DNA from: Synechocystis sp. PCC 6803 substr. PCC-P
GTDB taxonomy: Bacteria; Cyanobacteriota; Cyanobacteriia; Cyanobacteriales; Microcystaceae
Assembly: GCF_000284455.1 (NCBI RefSeq)
Contig: NC_017039.1
Span: 1,980,001-2,012,000, forward strand
DNA: 32,000 nucleotides
Direction: 5' to 3'
Part shown: positions 27,781 to 32,000 of the stretch, in pieces
How positions within the stretch are numbered: the first letter of the stretch is position 1
Layout of the letters: each line of letters begins with the position of its first letter
Translations under genes and position numbers: made by a program
The notes under the pieces: generated by a model
The model's database searches: none
Told to the model about the DNA's origin: nothing
The model's input: the letters and a program-made list of their open reading frames with translations, nothing else

Positions 27781-27901
27781 TCCATGTTAAGTAAAAATCC
27801 CATACCTTTAAGGAGCTAAGGGGCACCCGAATCACAACACGGTGAAACTTGCCCCTGCCATCCTCTTGTCTGACTTTACCCTTTAATATCATTCAAAAAA
27901 T

Positions 27902-29032
27902 TCAAAATAAATTTTCCAAAATGCACTCAGTCAAATTGTGGTAGCCCAAATCATTAAAATGGGCGTCGTGTTTATGGTACATGTCTCGATTCCAAGTGCA
28001 GATTTCTAGCAGGGGAACATACTCCAATCCTATTTGCTTGATATCACTTCCAATTTCCAGGGAGTACTTATTACTGAAAGTTTCTCCTTTTTCCGGGATG
28101 TGGACGACACGAACAACCGCGTTGGGAAAACTATTTTTAATCTCTCTTAAACTAGCTAAGGCATTTTTGTATAGCTCGTTTTTGTCATACTCATTAGCCT
28201 GATTAAATTTAAGATGAGGACAAAAATGAACGAGTGAACTTTGATTTTTGCCCAAACTATACACATCACAGGCTAGATTATACAGACGTAACTGTTGCAG
28301 AAAATTTAGCTTGGGTTCCTCCGAAGAACCCTTAGTTTCATATAATTTTTTGGCCCGGTCTACCAATTCTTCTTGACTATCGTTGTAGTTGGCAATGTAC
28401 ATAACTGGAGGGTAATTTTCTACGCATTCCTTAGTGTTTTCTTGCTGGCAAAACCAGAGGGCTTGGTCTTGGATTAACGGATACCACAAAGTCCGAAAAA
28501 AGTCATTACCAATGACCATGATATTAATTTCATCAAAATGCGCCCCATCTTTAACACTTGTCAGTAATTGCTGAAATTGTTTGACTCCAGCGCCGGTAAT
28601 ACCAAGGTTGTATAGACTGATCTCTGGGCGATCCAAACGTCGCCTTAGTTGACTGATCCAGGACTGATTGCCCCCATCTCCGGCGGTGAAAGAGTCACCG
28701 ACAAACACAACTTTTTTGCCGGGGGCGGAATCAAAATTGTAGTCTACGTCATCTACAAAACCGAGGTTATTGGTGCCATAGACAATGTCGTAATCAACTT
28801 CATCCCCATAGATAGCAACACTTCTAATTTTCGTTCTTGGCTCATACCTAACAGTTTTATCCCCCGTTCTCACCAGGGAAGGCTTGGTAAAAAATAAAAT
28901 TCGGTCATAGAGACTGTATTTACCTATGCCAGTTAACCTCAATGCAATTTCAGCTATTACCAAACTAAGGACAATTGAAGCAAGAATTAAAGCAGTATTT
29001 TGACCAATTTTAATAATTTTGGGGGCGGGCAT
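27902..29032 (-). CDS. Membrane-anchored SGNH/GDSL-type hydrolase-like protein
   Basis: 376 aa. The N-terminal TM helix is ALILASIVLSLVIAEIAL. Block I reads VVFVGDSFTAGDG, and the block V-like motif is HDAHFNDLGY. The gene is visibly AT-rich compared with its neighbours. Confidence 0.65.
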   Translation of the reverse strand: MPAPKIIKIGQNTALILASIVLSLVIAEIALRLTGIGKYSLYDRILFFTKPSLVRTGDKTVRYEPRTKIRSVAIYGDEVDYDIVYGTNNLGFVDDVDYNFDSAPGKKVVFVGDSFTAGDGGNQSWISQLRRRLDRPEISLYNLGITGAGVKQFQQLLTSVKDGAHFDEINIMVIGNDFFRTLWYPLIQDQALWFCQQENTKECVENYPPVMYIANYNDSQEELVDRAKKLYETKGSSEEPKLNFLQQLRLYNLACDVYSLGKNQSSLVHFCPHLKFNQANEYDKNELYKNALASLREIKNSFPNAVVRVVHIPEKGETFSNKYSLEIGSDIKQIGLEYVPLLEICTWNRDMYHKHDAHFNDLGYHNLTECILENLF

Positions 29033-29185
29033 TGTTTTATCAGAAAAATAGGTTGAATGCCCCTTTACCTAAGGCAGCGGAGGATGTGAATGGAACAATG
29101 GGGGCAATGAGATTTCCATAAAGTACTCTATTTTGCTCCTTTTCCATCGGAAGACACGGCAACAGTAGACCGGGGACAGACCGAG

Positions 29186-29215
29186 TTGACATATCAAGTT
29201 TTTTTGATGTAAGAT
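29186..29215 (+). promoter_or_regulatory. Predicted arsBHC promoter
   Basis: A perfect -35 TTGACA lies at 29186..29191. After an 18-nt spacer comes the -10-like TAAGAT at 29210..29215. The predicted TSS is near 29222, about 24 nt before the arsB ATG. Confidence 0.55.
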
Positions 29216-29238
29216 TATTCCATCAAGTTTTTTTGATG
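29193..29238 (+). promoter_or_regulatory. Two identical 17-bp operator-like boxes (candidate ArsR/SmtB-family binding sites)
   Basis: ATCAAGTTTTTTTGATG occurs at 29193..29209 and again at 29222..29238. Each box contains the inverted repeat ATCAA-N6-TTGAT. Box 1 fills the -35/-10 spacer and box 2 covers the predicted +1 region. Confidence 0.6.
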
Positions 29239-29245
29239 AGTTGTC

Positions 29246-30397
29246 ATGGTCAATCGCATTAACCCCAAAGCCATTAAGGCTGGGGGAACGCTCAATTTGT
29301 TTGAAAAATACCTTACCCTCTGGGTTGCCCTTTGTATCGTCATTGGCATTGCCCTGGGGAAGTTATTGCCCGCGGTGGCCCAAACCCTCGATTCCTGGAG
29401 CATTTATAACGTTTCCATTCCGATCGCCATTTGCTTGTTTTTCATGATGTACCCCATCATGGTGAAAATTGATTTTTCCCAGGCACGACAAGCGGTCAAG
29501 GCTCCTAAGCCGGTGATATTGACCCTGGTGGTGAATTGGGTAATTAAACCGTTTACGATGGTGATTTTTGCCCAGTTTTTCCTGGGTTATCTTTTCGCCC
29601 CGTTGTTGACTGCGACGGAGATAATCCGGGGGCAAGAGGTAACCTTAGCCAATTCCTACATTGCCGGTTGCATTTTGCTCGGTATTGCGCCCTGTACCGC
29701 CATGGTATTGATGTGGGGTTACCTTTCCTATAGCAATCAGGGTTTAACCTTGGTGATGGTGGCGGTCAATTCTTTGGCTATGCTATTCCTTTACGCACCT
29801 TTGGGTAAATGGCTGTTGGCGGCCAGTAACTTGACAGTGCCTTGGCAAACCATTGTCTTATCGGTGTTAATTTACGTGGGTTTGCCCCTGGCCGCCGGTA
29901 TTTATAGTCGTTACTGGATTTTGAAACATAAGGGACGGCAATGGTTTGAGAGTCAATTTTTGCATTACCTCAGCCCGATCGCCATTGTGGCTTTGTTATT
30001 GACGTTGATTTTGCTCTTTGCTTTTAAGGGGGAATTGATTGTTAATAATCCTCTGCATATTTTTCTAATTGCCGTGCCGTTATTTATCCAAACCAATTTC
30101 ATCTTTCTCATTACCTATGTTCTGGGGTTAAAACTCAAACTCAGTTACGAAGATGCCGCCCCCGCCGCCCTGATCGGTGCCAGTAATCATTTTGAAGTGG
30201 CGATCGCCACCGCTGTGATGTTATTTGGCCTCAATTCTGGAGCTGCTTTGGCCACCGTAGTGGGGGTATTAATTGAAGTGCCAGTGATGTTAATGCTGGT
30301 GGAAATTTGCAAAAAAACAGCCTTTTGGTTCCCCAGGGACCCGGAAAAAGCCACTTTGCTAGACCCCCGTTGTATAAATCAAGAAATTAGGATCTAA
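29246..30397 (+). CDS. arsB: Arsenite efflux permease, ACR3 family
   Basis: 383 aa. [23 protein letters not shown] is the N-terminus typical of ACR3. There are about 10 TM helices, a conserved Cys in GIAPCTAMV, and a conserved Glu context. Confidence 0.93.
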   Translation: MVNRINPKAIKAGGTLNLFEKYLTLWVALCIVIGIALGKLLPAVAQTLDSWSIYNVSIPIAICLFFMMYPIMVKIDFSQARQAVKAPKPVILTLVVNWVIKPFTMVIFAQFFLGYLFAPLLTATEIIRGQEVTLANSYIAGCILLGIAPCTAMVLMWGYLSYSNQGLTLVMVAVNSLAMLFLYAPLGKWLLAASNLTVPWQTIVLSVLIYVGLPLAAGIYSRYWILKHKGRQWFESQFLHYLSPIAIVALLLTLILLFAFKGELIVNNPLHIFLIAVPLFIQTNFIFLITYVLGLKLKLSYEDAAPAALIGASNHFEVAIATAVMLFGLNSGAALATVVGVLIEVPVMLMLVEICKKTAFWFPRDPEKATLLDPRCINQEIRI

Positions 30398-30479
30398 AAA
30401 CGTGTTTGGAAAGTTTTATTCTGCCCCCTCAATCGACCAACTAAAGCGACCGCAATACTGGGGAACTTTCACTCAGTTT

Positions 30480-30511
30480 CCCCCCAAATTTGGGGGGCCA
30501 GGGGGGCTTTT
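30480..30511 (+). other. GC-clamp palindrome / alternative hairpins in the arsB-arsH spacer
   Basis: CCCCCCAAATTTGGGGGG (30480..30497) is a perfect 18-bp palindrome. It is followed by CCA, a second GGGGGG (30501..30506) and then CTTTTAAAA. Confidence 0.3.
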
Positions 30512-30548
30512 AAAACAAGCTCTAACCAACTTTGCCTAATTGCCAGCA

Positions 30549-31169
30549 ATGACCGACTTTAACCATCCTCCCCGGATTTTATTTCTCTATGGTTCCCTAC
30601 GGGAGCGTTCCTACAGCCGTTTACTGGCCGAAGAAGCGGGCCGCATCATCACCACCATGGGAGCGGAAACCAAATTTTTTGATCCGAGGGAATTACCCCT
30701 GCGGGGCCAAGTTCTGGATAGCCACCCCAAAGTTCAAGAATTACTAGAACTAAGCCAATGGTCTGAAGGCCAAGTGTGGTCTTCCCCGGAAATGCACGGC
30801 AACATTACAGGAATTCTCAAAAATCAAATTGATTGGATTCCCCTGGAAATTGGTTCCATTCGTCCCACCCAGGGCCGCACCCTAGCGGTGATGCAGGTTA
30901 GTGGCGGTTCCCAATCTTTCAATGCCGTCAACACCATGCGCATTCTTGGTCGTTGGATGCGGATGTTTACCATTCCCAACCAATCATCCGTGGCTAAGGC
31001 GTATCAGGAATTCCATGAAGACGGCACCATGAAGGATTCCCCCTATCGAGACCGGGTGGTGGACGTGATGGAAGAACTATACAAATTCACCCTGCTACTG
31101 CGGGACAAGGTGGATTATTTAACCGATCGCCATAGTGAAAGAAAAGCTAAGGTCAACACCGATGGTTGA
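30549..31169 (+). CDS. arsH: ArsH, NADPH-dependent FMN reductase family
   Basis: The track ORF starts at TTG 30540; ATG 30549 gives [30 protein letters not shown]. This is the ArsH signature (LYGSxRxxSxSR) with a flavodoxin-like fold. Confidence 0.9.
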
Positions 31170-31258
31170 TGTTTTTCCCACTGAAACTAACTCCAATCAC
31201 TCCAATTTATTCCATCAATTAATTAATCAAACTAATTAATCTAAGCGAGGCTAAAACT

Positions 31259-31654
31259 GTGAAAAAGGTAATGTTCGTTTGCAAACGTAATTCCTGTCGC
31301 TCCCAAATGGCAGAGGGCTTTGCCAAAACTTTAGGGGCCGGCAAAATTGCTGTTACCAGTTGTGGACTGGAATCTTCCCGGGTCCATCCCACCGCCATTG
31401 CCATGATGGAAGAAGTAGGCATAGACATCAGCGGCCAGACCTCCGACCCCATCGAAAACTTTAACGCCGACGATTACGACGTGGTAATTTCCCTTTGTGG
31501 CTGTGGGGTTAATCTGCCGCCGGAATGGGTAACCCAGGAAATTTTTGAAGACTGGCAACTGGAAGATCCCGATGGTCAATCATTGGAAGTTTTTCGCACC
31601 GTGCGGGGCCAGGTTAAGGAACGGGTGGAAAACCTGATCGCCAAAATTAGCTGA
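31259..31654 (+). CDS. arsC: Arsenate reductase, LMW-PTPase fold
   Basis: A GTG start lies 8 nt after GAGG. MKKVMFVCKRNSCRS is the CX5R(S) P-loop with Cys8, and SLCGCG supplies Cys80 and Cys82. Confidence 0.92.
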   Translation: MKKVMFVCKRNSCRSQMAEGFAKTLGAGKIAVTSCGLESSRVHPTAIAMMEEVGIDISGQTSDPIENFNADDYDVVISLCGCGVNLPPEWVTQEIFEDWQLEDPDGQSLEVFRTVRGQVKERVENLIAKIS

Positions 31655-31781
31655 TCTGCCCCATCCCCATTGATACCAACGATACCAAACCCCCAATTTG
31701 GCTATATGCTTAGGGAAATGGCTTTTTGCCACGAAACTTCACTAATCGTTATACAAGTTAATCAAAGGAGGGTTGTGGATC

Positions 31782-32000
31782 TTGGAAACCAATAAAGAAA
31801 GGATATTGGTGGTCGATGACGAGGCCAGCATCCGACGCATACTGGAAACCCGTTTATCCATGATTGGCTATGAAGTGGTGACCGCTGCCGACGGTGAAGA
31901 GGCGATCGCCACTTTCCATGAGAGCGACCCCGATTTGGTGGTGTTGGATGTGATGATGCCCAAGCTGGACGGCTACGGCGTTTGCCAAGAACTACGTAAA
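31782..32000 (+). CDS. rpaB: OmpR-family response regulator RpaB (Ycf27), 5' part; continues beyond the window
   Basis: A TTG start lies 10 nt after a strong AAGGAGG (31765..31771). The translation is METNKERILVVDDEASIRRILETRLSMIGYEVVTAADGEEAIATFHESDPDLVVLDVMMPKLDGYGVCQELRK. The only other in-frame start candidate (TTG 31773) is 1 nt from the SD, and a stop lies at 31743. Confidence 0.9.
   Translation, partial: METNKERILVVDDEASIRRILETRLSMIGYEVVTAADGEEAIATFHESDPDLVVLDVMMPKLDGYGVCQELRK

Larger units (their letters stand above)
624..31909. repeat. HIP1 (highly iterated palindrome GCGATCGC), 27 perfect copies dispersed through the window
   Basis: A hand scan found perfect octamers starting at 624, 1721, 3052, 4204, 4309, 9141, 9333, 11850, 12673, 13382, 14781, 15534, 17366, 17884, 18139, 18280, 18967, 20341, 20991, 21456, 21711, 22019, 23393, 24824, 26513, 30200 and 31902. 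A few may have been missed. Many 7/8 variants (e.g. CGATCGCC) also occur. Confidence 0.9.

Noticed and set aside
27819-27856. AGGGGCA...TGCCCCT inverted repeat in the convergent fda/SGNH spacer as a bidirectional terminator
   Set aside because: The stem is 7 bp with a 24-nt loop containing internal mismatches, and neither strand has a flanking T-run. A terminator is possible but not supportable.
31219-31579. Minus-strand ORFs (77 and 82 aa) opposite arsC
   Set aside because: They are shadow ORFs antisense to a gene with the CX5R P-loop.
1-32000. Search for CRISPR arrays, IS elements/transposases, integrases, tRNA/rRNA genes and known defence-system genes
   Set aside because: No regularly spaced direct repeats were seen, and there were no transposase- or integrase-like ORFs. 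There was no tRNA-like T-arm (GGTTCGAATCC-type) in any spacer and no rRNA-like sequence. Every large ORF has an ordinary metabolic or signalling assignment.

Overview
From recognisable protein sequences (PsaE, PixD, SpkB, ArsB/H/C, RpaB) and the dense HIP1 octamer GCGATCGC, this window looks like chromosomal DNA of a Synechocystis sp. PCC 6803-type unicellular cyanobacterium. About 27 intact genes are tightly packed, and most are housekeeping. In order they are: a partial hybrid REC-HisKA sensor (-), psaE, mutM, a Nudix-related regulator (nrtR-like), nadE, an EAL phosphodiesterase, the PatA-type regulator PixE and BLUF photoreceptor PixD, pheT (-), the Ser/Thr kinase SpkB, a NarL-type regulator (-), ppc (-), a small orphan ORF (-), an NfeD-like protein, nadC, an acidic coiled-coil protein, a MurT-like Mur ligase, cobH/cbiC (-), an M16 peptidase (-), zeta-carotene desaturase, an SRPBCC protein, an aldo/keto reductase, class I FBP aldolase, an SGNH-type hydrolase (-), the arsB(ACR3)-arsH-arsC operon, and the 5' end of rpaB. 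I found no rRNA, tRNA, CRISPR array, transposase, integrase or recognisable defence island, and I see no compelling novel multi-gene system. The leads most worth a second look are listed here. (1) The EAL-PixE-PixD block is AT-rich and HIP1-free, which suggests a possible blue-light/c-di-GMP module. (2) A MurT homologue has no adjacent GatD and sits next to a coiled-coil protein whose C-terminus resembles the FtsZ C-terminal peptide. (3) The ars promoter has a clean dual-operator architecture with no arsR in cis. (4) A decayed PIN/VapC-like relic lies in an otherwise unexplained 287-bp spacer. (5) A 70-codon orphan ORF has a textbook terminator and a possibly leaderless start. All coordinates and motif positions were read by hand; no similarity search or computation was run.
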